Assembly (NCBI GenBank): GCA_965645245.1
Contig: OZ287076.1
Span: forward strand, 558,001-622,000
Reading direction: 5' to 3'
DNA from: Massalongia carnosa
Taxonomy: Eukaryota
DNA length: 64,000 nt
The notes under the pieces are model-generated. The model saw only the letters and a program-made list of their open reading frames with translations. It was not told the DNA's origin and searched no databases. Of the stretch, positions 11,800-22,369 are shown piece after piece (the first letter of the stretch is position 1; each line of letters begins with the position of its first letter). Position numbers and translations under genes: made by a program.

Positions 11800-13694
11800 T
11801 CATGTTACAATGTTCCTATCTCCTCCTTGAGCCCACTCCCTCAAAACTTTCTTTTTCAGCTTTCCGGTGCTGGTCTTGGGAAGCTCGCTCACTACCTCCA
11901 CTTCTCGGGGGACCATGAATCTGCTTATGCCGCTTCTGTGCTTTGCCCACTCGATAACGTCAACACTGCTCAGCCGCTTGCCAGCTTGGACGGTAACAAA
12001 GGCCTTGGGTCTTTCACCCCAATGAGAATCAGCCACAGCCACCACGGCAGCCTCCAGAATGTCGGGATGGGTAACGAGTATGGATTCTAGAGCAACAGAA
12101 GAGATGTTCTCGCCCCCTATACACTTCAATTAGCAAAGAAAAATCTTTAACCGATCAACCTTACCACTTATGATAATATCTTTTGCTCTGTCCAAGATCT
12201 GAGCTGATCCATCAACATGCCATACAGCAAGATCCCCCGTGTGAAGCACACCGCCTGCAAAGAGACTCTTAGTAGCAACCGCGTCCTTGTAATACCCCTT
12301 GGCATTAATATTGCCAACACATACGATCTCCCCAATCTCTTTGCCGTCTCGCTTCACATCGGTGATTGGCCCGTGCACAGTGTCTGTTCGGATAATCCGA
12401 ATAGGTAGGCTAGTTATGAAACCGTGGCCTTGCCGAGCCATCCTAGCGTATTTCTCATGCTTTGGGATCAGCTCCCAAGCTGGCATGTGATAGCTTTTGG
12501 TAATAGGGCCGTAAGTCTCGGTCAATCCATATACATGAACAGGGTGCAAGTTCAGTTTGATCATTTGTTCGAAGAGATGAGGCGTTGGTGGACTGGCAGC
12601 GACAGTAACTCGAACCGGTCCTGGAAGGCATTTGGCCTCTTCTGCAGCACATAGAAGTGTGTTGACCGTGGGCGCCGCGTTGAAATGAGTAATCTTTTCT
12701 TCCCTCAGCAAACCCCATATCTTAGGATAATCGATTTTGCGCAAGCAATAATGAGTCCCACGAACGGCAGTAACGGCCCAGGGAAAAGTCCACCCCATGG
12801 CGTGAAACATTGGTAAAGTCCAGAGATAGCGGCACCGGTTAGTAAGAGAGTTCAAACCAGATTCAATCACATTCGCCAAGGTCGCCAGATAGACCCCTCG
12901 GTGAGTATATTCGACACCCTTTGGCTTGGCCGTAGTGCCACTTGTATAGGCCAAAGCAATGACATCTTCCTCATTCTTTGCTTGTGTCTCCAAGCCATCC
13001 CACCCTCTCCCTTCATGTTTCTGATCGTACGTCAAACCCTCTAGCACAGCTTCATCAAACTTGCCGCTCAGCTCGCCTTCGGTAGCGTCAGTATCAGCAT
13101 CCACGATTATGGGAATTTCAGGGTACTTTTGGCGATAGCTCTCAAGAAGCGGAAGAAATTCCGCGTCAACGATAATAGCGTCCGCATCAGAATGCTCTAA
13201 GATATAGGCAATGTCTCCATTTTTCAGACGATGATTGACCCCTGTTTGAATACACGCCTTCCTTAAGTCAAGTTCTTGTGCGGCAGATGTAGATTATGCG
13301 TACCAACTATCACGGCCCCTGCAGCGGCGATTCCGAAGATGGACTCCAAAAATGCAGGAGTATTGGGACAGAGAATCCCTACCTTTCTATAACCTTGTTT
13401 TCGGATGTAATATGCCAGCCCTCTGGCACGATCCGCAGCCTCTTGATATGAACGCCGTAAGATTTTACCATTTGCAGTGACATGGTAAATTGCCTCAGCC
13501 TACAACTCATTAGCAAGGTCACCTAATAAGTATTTTTATAGGCATACGTCTGGCTCAATAGCAGCAGCTCGATATAAAAACAGGGTGGGAGACAGACTAT
13601 GAATGTTGTTTTGATGCCGGTATTCTAGAGGGGGAATCGGTGCGGGGAGAAGTTGTGACACTAAAGAAGAGAGACGGGAACGAGCACTGGACAT
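11800..13694 (-). CDS. AMP-dependent acyl-CoA synthetase, probably peroxisomal (PTS2)
   Basis: Motifs YTSGTTAKPKG, YGLTETYG, HTGD, RAKDIIISGGENIS (intron-split) and LPKTSTGK. Starts MSSARSRLSSLVSQL at 13694. Confidence 0.9.
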
Positions 13695-14081
13695 AACTAA
13701 ACGGTTAATTTAATATCAAAGAACTAAAGATCCAAATCAAGAGTTATCATAGTACTAGAATGGACTCTTAGATAAATATTTACGACGTCAATAGCGCGAC
13801 ATAGAAAGCGATGAACGACGACTAATTAATACCTCGGCTCATTACGGTAACCCTAATCGTACACTAATCAACATGTTATTATGTCATAATTGCGGCCATT
13901 GAATTGATTTAGGAATTAAGTCTCAACGGCATAGAAGAAAGCTATAGCTAACTACTGTCACAAAGGTTTCACCAAACCTAGGAGCTTGATAGTAGTTTCA
14001 GGTTTGCGTAGGAATCCGCAAATGTATGTTCTCTAATCAGCTCCCAGAACAATTTGACGCCTCGAAAGGACTGCTCAGTAA

Positions 14082-14984
14082 CTAATAGCCATATTCCGCG
14101 AGTTGCTTCTTTGTCTTCTCGTCCACCTTCGCATTCTTCTGCGCCTCTGACAATTGCCTCCGCGCTACCTTCTTTCGCTCGTAGTATGCAGCCCCCTTGA
14201 CCTTTCTCCTCTCCTCCAATCTATGTCCAGATGTCAGACTAGGAACTTCAAAGCTAGGAAGAACGAGCCTGGGCTCATTGTGACCATTTCATAAGGTGTA
14301 CTAACCTTGCCACCACATCTTGATATTTCCATCCAACCTCGTGACTCAACCTCCCAACGGTGCAATACTTCCGGCCCGGCTTCAACCTCAAAATTCTCAA
14401 TGCGTTCGGTACTACGAACCGCTTCTTTTTATCATACGGAGGGGGGACACCCTCGAAAACCTTAAGGCGCTCCATCGCAGCAGCACCACGAGCAGTTTTA
14501 TGGGGGATCATTCCACGAACGGTCTTATAGAATATGCGAGAAGGAGCACGGAAATGAAAAGGACCTAGATTTTCAGATGTCAGAAGATGGGATCATGAGA
14601 TCTGAGACATGACTTGGACTTGGATGGCGTACCTCCTCGAGTAGGATTATAGCGGGTCATTTTGCGGAGATACGCAAGGTACTTTACTATGTTACAGTAA
14701 CGCCATTAGCTCCCAGAAGCTACTTGCGCTTCCTGATAGAAATCTTCATACGTTTTGCCCGGAAAAATTCCCCAGAGATGTTGAGTGCCTCACACCGGAC
14801 CACCACAACTTTCTGACCATTGAGCAGTTGCTTCGCCACAATACTAGCTAGCCGACCGAGTAGATGCCCTTTGCCATCGACAATAACCTAGTGCCGAAGA
14901 TGGTAGTTTTAGCTCTACTATATTGATAAAGAAGAATCTTATCCTCAGCATAGAAAAACTTACGACGGGATCAAATGTCGACAT
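14082..14984 (-). CDS. RPL16: 60S ribosomal protein L16 (uL13)
   Basis: [43 protein letters not shown] and [19 protein letters not shown]. Four introns. Ends AEYGY*. Confidence 0.97.
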
Positions 14985-15159
14985 ATTGAATAGTTCCACT
15001 CAAATCATAGAAGAAACTGGCAGAGACTATACGTGGTCTGACAGTGCCCTGAAGGTTGTTGAGAGTACGTTAATTTGAGTAGTTAAGTGCAGGGTATTGT
15101 TGGCGCAGTGTGCGTTCGCCTAATCAATTAAACTAACCCGATATGGCATATTGCTCTAC

Positions 15160-17335
15160 CGTATCCCTCTCGCTGTCATTCTAGCACCCCCCCCCAAGCT
15201 AAACCATTGTTGGTTAGAAAGCGCTAAACCTTAAACTTTTGACCAATCAATGTTATTCCTATTCACAAGAAGTTGTACGGAGTATCAGATACCTATTTAC
15301 TCGTCCCCTATCATATGAATAGCTTCCCAACAGCTGGCTTTCTTACAGCAGGGCCTGATTGGATTACATCCTCCACAAGCCCATATAGTCTGAGCACCCC
15401 TTCGCCTTCTTTTACGCCCATCGACACTTATTTCAGCCAGTGGCTCTCCCTTCCGCTTTGAAGGTCGTTTTTTCTCGGCGTTACATTGCACACATCTTTT
15501 TCTGCCTTCAAGACGAACGTAATGATGAATGGGAGATGGTACTAAAGCATCAATCGTGGTATTGATGCTTATCTTTGATGAGCCGGGCCTGATGCCCGCT
15601 TGATTTGATATCAGTTCAAGAGCAATCCGACGAAGAAATTCAGAACGAGTAAATTTTATCTCCTCGGAATCGAAAGAGTTCAGCGAGTAAAGTTTATAGG
15701 CATTCAATCCGGCTGCATCTAAAATAAAAATGAACAAAGGCCACCAGTAACGATCCGTTCGACGATTGTATGAGTAAATCGCTCGTTGCTGAGCGTTTCC
15801 ATCCGATCCCCCCATATGAAGATTATATTCTTTGATTGGGGCTGGTATCGGTAATCCTAAGGGCCGTTGAACCTCTTGATTGAGCAAGGGAATGGAGTGA
15901 GCCAGAGTTGATGGGAAATACGATACAATAGGTTGAAGAGAGGTCTCGGGAATTCCATATCTCTTGTGCGGATTTATATAGTGCATTTCGTACAAGTCCT
16001 GAGGAGAATGACCGGTGGTCATGTACTGCACACCATTATTATCCACCCAGCCCATACAAAGCACCTTATCGTCGACCACCATATGGGCCTGAAGACCCCA
16101 GTCTTTTCCTTTTGAAGTGACGTCCCGTATGGCCAACAATTCTTCTGGAAAGCCCGAGCCCTTTTTAGCAGTTCCACTGGCAGCTATTCCGATTGATCGA
16201 AGTGCCTTGAATAATTTCGTACTAGTAAAGAAATTATCACAGAAAAGATGATAATTCAGTGAGGATGGAAGTTCTTTACATAACTGAATCACTAGCAAAG
16301 CACTAGGAGTTAGTTTATCTTTTGGCAAAAATCCCAATTGTCTGACTGTTTTCAATTCACTTATTCTGCTACTCTTCGAGGCAAACATAAATGACAACAG
16401 ATAATTATCCTGACAGAGACTGTAGATTTTAAATCCTTTATGGGCACTTTTTGTAGTAATCTGCAAGGTATGTCGAGAACGGCCCTTGAATAACACCAGC
16501 TGTTCATCTATAGATATCATACTTCCTGGTCTGCAATGTTTCAATGAAGTCTTTCGGAAATCAGTAGCCAACGGTTCCAGTTTCTTCCACCAATCAGGTC
16601 CTTGACCAAGTCCGATAGGCTCAGTCTGTCCATTATTGATTTTCAAAAATCGTTTGATTTGTTGAAATCGACCAAGCGACATCGCGGACAGAATAGGCAT
16701 GATAACTGGTTTGTCAGGACGTTGATTCCAATAATCCTCTGTAGCAGGTAGATGATCGAGTCCCATAAGAATTAATATGCCCAAAAAAACCTCAATTTCC
16801 GAGTCAGTAGTGTCAGTCCAAACCCGATGATTGTTCTCCTTCTCCTTTTCCATGTAGTTATTTGCCTTGATATTGGTATGATTTGCGATGATACGACAAT
16901 GCTGCCTTGTTATAAATAACCGAAATAATCCCAAAGGATTTCGAGAATCGTTTTCAACGAGCGGAACAAAAGGCCTGTTTTCAACCCGAATGGGGGTATA
17001 TTTTGAGGAAATAGGGGGAAGGTCGATTAAAATATCCCGAACACTTCTTTTGCGATTTATTTTATGTTGCTTCGCTGAAATGGGAGATTTGTCTGATACA
17101 CTCGGGATTTCTTCTTCATTGAGCGTCATACTTATAATATCAATTCCGAAGCTAGAAGAATAGTAATTTATGTGATTTATTTTGATTGAATGACCGAATA
17201 GTATTCTTTGAAAAGTAAACAAACGCGCAAACACTCTAGAGAAAACTAATGTTCTGATGACTCATCGGTGCGGAAGCTAGTCCAATATAGATTAGCTTGG
17301 GGGGGGGGTGCTAGAATGACAGCGAGAGGGATACG
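15160..17335 (-). mobile_element. piggyBac-like DNA transposon with ~43-bp terminal inverted repeats
   Basis: Left 15160-15202 CGTATCCCTCTCGCTGTCATTCTAGCAC9AAGCTAA is the reverse complement of right 17292-17335 (G10 instead of 9). The repeats enclose a transposase ORF. Confidence 0.92.
15297..17129 (-). CDS. piggyBac-family DDD transposase (~610 aa from first ATG)
   Basis: MSLGRFQQIKRFL, SIDEQ, CDNFF and YNLHMGGSD catalytic motifs, plus a C-terminal Cys-rich domain and basic NLS-like run. Uninterrupted ORF. Confidence 0.92.
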   Translation of the reverse strand: MTLNEEEIPSVSDKSPISAKQHKINRKRSVRDILIDLPPISSKYTPIRVENRPFVPLVENDSRNPLGLFRLFITRQHCRIIANHTNIKANNYMEKEKENNHRVWTDTTDSEIEVFLGILILMGLDHLPATEDYWNQRPDKPVIMPILSAMSLGRFQQIKRFLKINNGQTEPIGLGQGPDWWKKLEPLATDFRKTSLKHCRPGSMISIDEQLVLFKGRSRHTLQITTKSAHKGFKIYSLCQDNYLLSFMFASKSSRISELKTVRQLGFLPKDKLTPSALLVIQLCKELPSSLNYHLFCDNFFTSTKLFKALRSIGIAASGTAKKGSGFPEELLAIRDVTSKGKDWGLQAHMVVDDKVLCMGWVDNNGVQYMTTGHSPQDLYEMHYINPHKRYGIPETSLQPIVSYFPSTLAHSIPLLNQEVQRPLGLPIPAPIKEYNLHMGGSDGNAQQRAIYSYNRRTDRYWWPLFIFILDAAGLNAYKLYSLNSFDSEEIKFTRSEFLRRIALELISNQAGIRPGSSKISINTTIDALVPSPIHHYVRLEGRKRCVQCNAEKKRPSKRKGEPLAEISVDGRKRRRRGAQTIWACGGCNPIRPCCKKASCWEAIHMIGDE

Positions 17336-17781
17336 TTCCATGACCATCTTCGAGGAGCGGAGGGTTTCCTGAGTTCAGTTTCTACAGTCATTGGGGGCGC
17401 ATCACTACTAGCATACCTACAAGTAGAGTTCATGATTAGTTGAAATACATTCAAGAAGCTCCTCCGTGTCAAAGCCATTTGCCCTTTATTCAATGAGGTA
17501 ATAATTTCCTAGTAACGAGTACTTAGCACTAGCGCAATTATTCCCCAAGAGATCACGGCTCAAATATGATTACTTTTTGATAAAGATACCTTAGCTGTTT
17601 GTAACAGAGCTCTTACACCATAGTATTGATGTCCAAGATGAAAAAAAAATTTTTATGAGTCCCTATCACAAGGATAGGCATATGAACCCACCATTTATAA
17701 GCGTGATAATTCCCTTGTTTGATGAGAAAGGAATGTGAAACTGTTATGTAGAAACTTTGATAATAGTATATGTTTGATAGA

Positions 17782-18303
17782 TCAGGTACTCGAGTAATCT
17801 TTATTCCACACCACTAAAGCTTCAAATTCACAAATCCCACAATCCTGGACAATCTCCATTTTCCAGGCACTGCCTGCCATCAAGCCTTTCATACCGGAAA
17901 GATCTGCTTGAGGACCTAGCCAAATAAGTAATTGCACTGCTGAAGTTCCGAAATTCTGTAGATAATTTTGCACGAGCGAAGTTTCTCGAGGATAGATAAA
18001 AATCCATGCAGCTGAAATTGATGCTAAACGACAGATATCCCACGTCCCCAAAACAACTTGCAGGTTCTCTTCTAGAAGGTACTGATTGACCTCATGGGAG
18101 ACTTCAATGGCCTGAAGATTAAGCTCAGGTTTCTCACGAAGGATGAATGCCTCCAGAATACCAGTGCCACTGCCGATTGAAATAGTCAAGGACGATCCTG
18201 AAGGTATGAGTTGTGCCAATTTCTTGACCAGTACCGAGGATAGAGACGCGCAACAATCAGGATGAAGGAGAGGATCCTCTGTTAATCGCGGTAACTCCTT
18301 CAT
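17782..18303 (-). CDS. Small SAM-dependent methyltransferase-like protein
   Basis: ATG 18303 gives 173 aa with a motif I-like ISIGSGTGILE, an acidic residue after beta-2 (QAIEV), and FIYPR / WLGP. Confidence 0.65.
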   Translation of the reverse strand: MKELPRLTEDPLLHPDCCASLSSVLVKKLAQLIPSGSSLTISIGSGTGILEAFILREKPELNLQAIEVSHEVNQYLLEENLQVVLGTWDICRLASISAAWIFIYPRETSLVQNYLQNFGTSAVQLLIWLGPQADLSGMKGLMAGSAWKMEIVQDCGICEFEALVVWNKDYSST

Positions 18304-18863
18304 GATGAGTACAAAAACAACCCCCAAGGAATCAGTCAGGGCAAGAAATCTTATAAGTCTGCTGCCATTCGAGAAGAAATCTAATCTCAAAAAAACGGCT
18401 TATTGATCAGTTAGCGAATCCGTCACTAAATCAGACAGCTTACGTTTCAAAACGAGCTCATTCATGTTTTTTTAACGACTCGTTGTCCCTCGTATAAATA
18501 AATGCGGTTGCAAATGCGAGACAAGTAGGTACTCTAAAGGCACGTGGTAAGTATCCATACTTATTAACGGGAAACCCTCGGCCGGCGGGTTTTTCGCCAT
18601 AATTGGCTTAGCAGGCTGGAACTTGGATGCTCGAATTTCACTATGCTCCTAGTCATCCACTTGTCGTTCCTTCCTACCTGGCTGATTCATGTGGGTAAGT
18701 AGTTACTTAGTGAGAAGGAGTTGCAGGAACCAATGTTAAGTCTCTTCTTATCGCTGTCGAATAGCATTTGGTGCTCTTGCATCGTTGACCACGTTCTCTT
18801 TTACGCCATTGGCCGGAGTGGGGTTCTCGTAACGACAGTCGGAAAGCTTTCTATTTGTCCACG

Positions 18864-21854
18864 ATGGTGAAGATATTTTCAAACCCCATCGCATTTACGC
18901 CACTCCCTGTAACGATTATTGCGTCAGTTGTTTATGCAGCTCTCATTATACCGCTACTCATCGTACACCTTGTGCCTCCCAGTGCCCCGACACAGAGCAA
19001 CACCCCATTCGAAGGCGTCAACTTAAAAGAAGCATGGCAGGATCTGCAGATTCTTAGCGCTGACTTTCATCCTTTCAATAGTCGGAAAAATGACGAAGTA
19101 AGAAATTGGCTTCTTACAAGAGTAGACGACATCCTCAAAGGCAATGGGGTATCATCCTCCTTGCCCAGCTCCCCAGCAGTTGTTTTCTCCGATCTCGTGT
19201 CTAACGTAACAACCTCTACAGAAGGCCAGCTTCGGGATGCTGGTCCAGGTAGGGAGCCCGGTGTCAGTGTCTACTTTGAAGGCACCAATATCATAGTGTA
19301 TATACGAGGCTCGGAAGATGAACAGGATGATTGGTGGACGAAGGACAGGAAACCACATGGAAAGGGCGGTGTTCTAATCAATGCACATTATGATAGTGTT
19401 TCCACGGGCTTTGGCGCAACTGACGATGGGGTTGGTGTGGTCACGATTCTTCAGCTGGTGAAACACTTTACAAGCAAAGGACAGCAACCCATAAGAGGCA
19501 TTGTAGCTCTACTCAACAACGGCGAAGAATACTATCTGAATGGCGCCCGGGCTTTTACTCAACATCCGTTATCTCAATTTGTCCATACTTTTGTCAATCT
19601 TGATGGTGCTGGTGCTGGTGGACGGGTGACGTTGCTCAGGGCCACAGATACCGAAGTTGTCCGGTTTTATCAACAGACAAAGCACCCGTTTGCTACGATA
19701 TTCAGCGCTGATGCATTCAAACAAGGTGTCATTCGCAGTGAGACAGATTATGTTGTTTTTAAAGACGTTTTGGGCCTTCGAGGGCTTGACCTTGACTTCA
19801 TGGAGCCGAGAGCTCGATACCATACCGAACAAGATGATACCAGGCACACCAGCATTGATTCGGTTTGGCATATGCTTTCAGCTACTCTCTCGACTGTGCG
19901 AGGCCTCGCGTCAGACACAAGCTCCACGTTCGAGGGCAAGAACACCGAGAACGAAAAGATGCCGAGCGGGCAAGGCTCGGATCCTGTCTATTTCGATCTA
20001 TTTGGCAGCGTCCTTGCCGTATTTGGGCTTCGAACCCTTTTCGCTTTATCTGTAACTTTGCTCACTGCTGCACCAATAATCCTTATTATCATTGGAGCTA
20101 TACTTTCGAAAGTTGATAGGTTGTACCTTTTCAGTTCATCAAAGCACCATTATCATTCCGTGGGCGCCGTTTCGGTTCCTCTACAAGGCTGGCGAGGTGT
20201 CTTCCGAGATCCTATCATCTTTGTTTTGACCTCTGCAGCCCTTGTAGGCCTTGCTTTCTTGATGACAAAAGTAAATCCTTACATTGTCTACAGCAGCCCT
20301 TATGCTGTTTGGTCCATGATGATCTCAGCCTGGATATTTTTGACATGGTTTCTTTCAAGAGCTGCTGATTTCGTAAGGCCAACTGCCTTTCACCGTGCTT
20401 ACGCTTTGTTATGGATGTTCGTAGGTAGCTGGCTTGCCCTTGTGGCTGTGACAATCCTTGAGCAGCGACCGAAAATCGGGACTGGTTACCTGGTGGTGTT
20501 CTACTTTGCAGCCATATTTTTGGCAACCACGATTTCTTTGCTAGAGCTATTCGGGCTTCCTCGCAAGTCCGACTACGCGGTTGAGGTCGAGGGTGTTGAA
20601 GATCAACCAGGTGATAGACCGCGATCTGGGAGTACTTCAAGCGGCAAGGATTTGGGCCCCTCAGGAGGTGAAAATCCTGGAGATGCCACCAATCATGGCA
20701 ATCAAGGAGAAGAAGGAGGAGTAGTAGAAGAGGAAGAAGAAGCGGACGAGTCTACTTCGCTACTCCGGAGTGATCGACAAACCACATTTGCTCACTACAC
20801 ATCTCCTCGTCCCAACCCACAAAATCGAGACCCAGGCTCAGACCGAGACAAGTCAGAGCGCAAAGTCTTCGGCGAAGAACAGGCTTGGAGTTGGGCTTTG
20901 CCAACCTCGACTTGGGTGATCCAATTCCTTCTTCTTGCCCCCGTTGTGACTGTTCTGGTGGGGCAGGTCAGTCTGCTTTACCTATCGGGCATCTACCAAA
21001 CCTTGGCCGATGGCGGCTCTGCGCTTGCAATTTACCTTGGCCTTTCGATATTCACCATTCTCGTGTTTGCTCCTCTTGGTCCTTTTGTCCATCGCTATAC
21101 CTACCATATTCCGACCTTTTTGCTTTTTGTTTTCGCTGGAACTCTCGTCTATAACCTTGTAGCTTTCCCATTTTCCCCCAACAACCGCCTGAAACTCTAT
21201 TTCCTCCAAACGGTCGACCTTGACACTGGATTGAACGAAGTATCGCTCACAGGGGTTGGAGGCATCTACCTAGATGCAGCAATACAAGCCCTTCCCAGCG
21301 TCACCGGCCAAACCCCCCAATGCTCCGAGAGCAAACTTCGAAAAGGCCTCACCGGATGCCGATGGAGCGGAATTCCACCTCAAGTAGTCAAAAGCACTCC
21401 ACCTGGGGTCCCACCTTTGTCTGGATATGCCAACTGGCTTTCTTTCAGTGTTATGCGCAGTCCCAACCGCACCGAGGCTCGTTTCCGCCTCTGGGGACGT
21501 GACACGCGGGCTTGCAAGATTCAATTCAATAGGCCAATCTCGGACTTTAGGGTGGAGGGCGCTGGGGAAGACCGACGATTTCAAAAAGTACCGGAGGACG
21601 GCAGTAATGAGCTTCGACTTTGGAGCAGAACATGGGAGAAACCCTGGAGCGTTAGTGTGAAATGGCAGCCTCGCAGAGATGAGAAGCATGATGGGAAGGG
21701 ACTTGATGGGAGGATTGTCTGCTTGTGGAGTGATGAGAACAAAAGAGGTGTTATCCCTGCGCTGGATGAGGTCCGACATTTCACTCCAGACTGGGTTGCC
21801 ATTTCGAAGTCGGGAGATGGACTAGTGGAAGGGAGCAAAGCTTTCCAAGTGTGA
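18864..21854 (+). CDS. PFF1: M28-family vacuolar membrane metalloprotease (Pff1/FXNA-like)
   Basis: NAHYDSV, GATDDG, NNGEE, RSETDY and YHT zinc-ligand motifs. One N-terminal TM helix and multiple C-terminal TM helices. Single long ORF. Confidence 0.88.
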   Translation: MVKIFSNPIAFTPLPVTIIASVVYAALIIPLLIVHLVPPSAPTQSNTPFEGVNLKEAWQDLQILSADFHPFNSRKNDEVRNWLLTRVDDILKGNGVSSSLPSSPAVVFSDLVSNVTTSTEGQLRDAGPGREPGVSVYFEGTNIIVYIRGSEDEQDDWWTKDRKPHGKGGVLINAHYDSVSTGFGATDDGVGVVTILQLVKHFTSKGQQPIRGIVALLNNGEEYYLNGARAFTQHPLSQFVHTFVNLDGAGAGGRVTLLRATDTEVVRFYQQTKHPFATIFSADAFKQGVIRSETDYVVFKDVLGLRGLDLDFMEPRARYHTEQDDTRHTSIDSVWHMLSATLSTVRGLASDTSSTFEGKNTENEKMPSGQGSDPVYFDLFGSVLAVFGLRTLFALSVTLLTAAPIILIIIGAILSKVDRLYLFSSSKHHYHSVGAVSVPLQGWRGVFRDPIIFVLTSAALVGLAFLMTKVNPYIVYSSPYAVWSMMISAWIFLTWFLSRAADFVRPTAFHRAYALLWMFVGSWLALVAVTILEQRPKIGTGYLVVFYFAAIFLATTISLLELFGLPRKSDYAVEVEGVEDQPGDRPRSGSTSSGKDLGPSGGENPGDATNHGNQGEEGGVVEEEEEADESTSLLRSDRQTTFAHYTSPRPNPQNRDPGSDRDKSERKVFGEEQAWSWALPTSTWVIQFLLLAPVVTVLVGQVSLLYLSGIYQTLADGGSALAIYLGLSIFTILVFAPLGPFVHRYTYHIPTFLLFVFAGTLVYNLVAFPFSPNNRLKLYFLQTVDLDTGLNEVSLTGVGGIYLDAAIQALPSVTGQTPQCSESKLRKGLTGCRWSGIPPQVVKSTPPGVPPLSGYANWLSFSVMRSPNRTEARFRLWGRDTRACKIQFNRPISDFRVEGAGEDRRFQKVPEDGSNELRLWSRTWEKPWSVSVKWQPRRDEKHDGKGLDGRIVCLWSDENKRGVIPALDEVRHFTPDWVAISKSGDGLVEGSKAFQV

Positions 21855-22369
21855 TGGGTGGTGGTTCAAATATCGGACTCTGTATTACTTGCATGTATTG
21901 GCGGCGCGCGGTGCTCTTTTCGTAGGGTTTTACCTCCGTACATGGGCGTGACTGGTAATTATGGGGGGGGTTGTAGCGAATGATGATTAGGCCAACCGTT
22001 CTAAGCCGAAGGAACAGTTTGCAGGTGCCTAATGCCTCGATCCATCTTTGACGGGGTTTGCAAGCGTTCGGAAATAGCGATCGACTAGGCCTTGACAAAT
22101 TCCAATCATTTACGCCATAGAATAAATAATTCTCGATTAATCTAGTTCCCTATTTGACTCTATACTCTGCGAATCTTTTCGTCAGTCAGACATTAACTCT
22201 TGACCGTGATGATCTCGTGCTTTCCATAAGGCAGAACTCGCTTGATTGCTCAGCTCTGAGAAAAAGGCAACGAGAAAACGAAAGAAGAAAAAAAACCTTT
22301 CCGACTTGCTTCAACTGCTTCCATATTGACCACGTCGTTCCAGGCGGCTGACTGATTAACGCCTTCAAC

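Noticed and set aside
13848..13856. TAACCCTAA as a telomerase RNA template; also CTAACCCTAACC near 62769
   Set aside because: Only 1.5-2 repeat units in short promoter or 5' regions, with no room or structure for a telomerase RNA or telomere.
14222..14304. Possible intronic C/D snoRNA in RPL16
   Set aside because: No proper box C, and the CTGA is part of the branch point.
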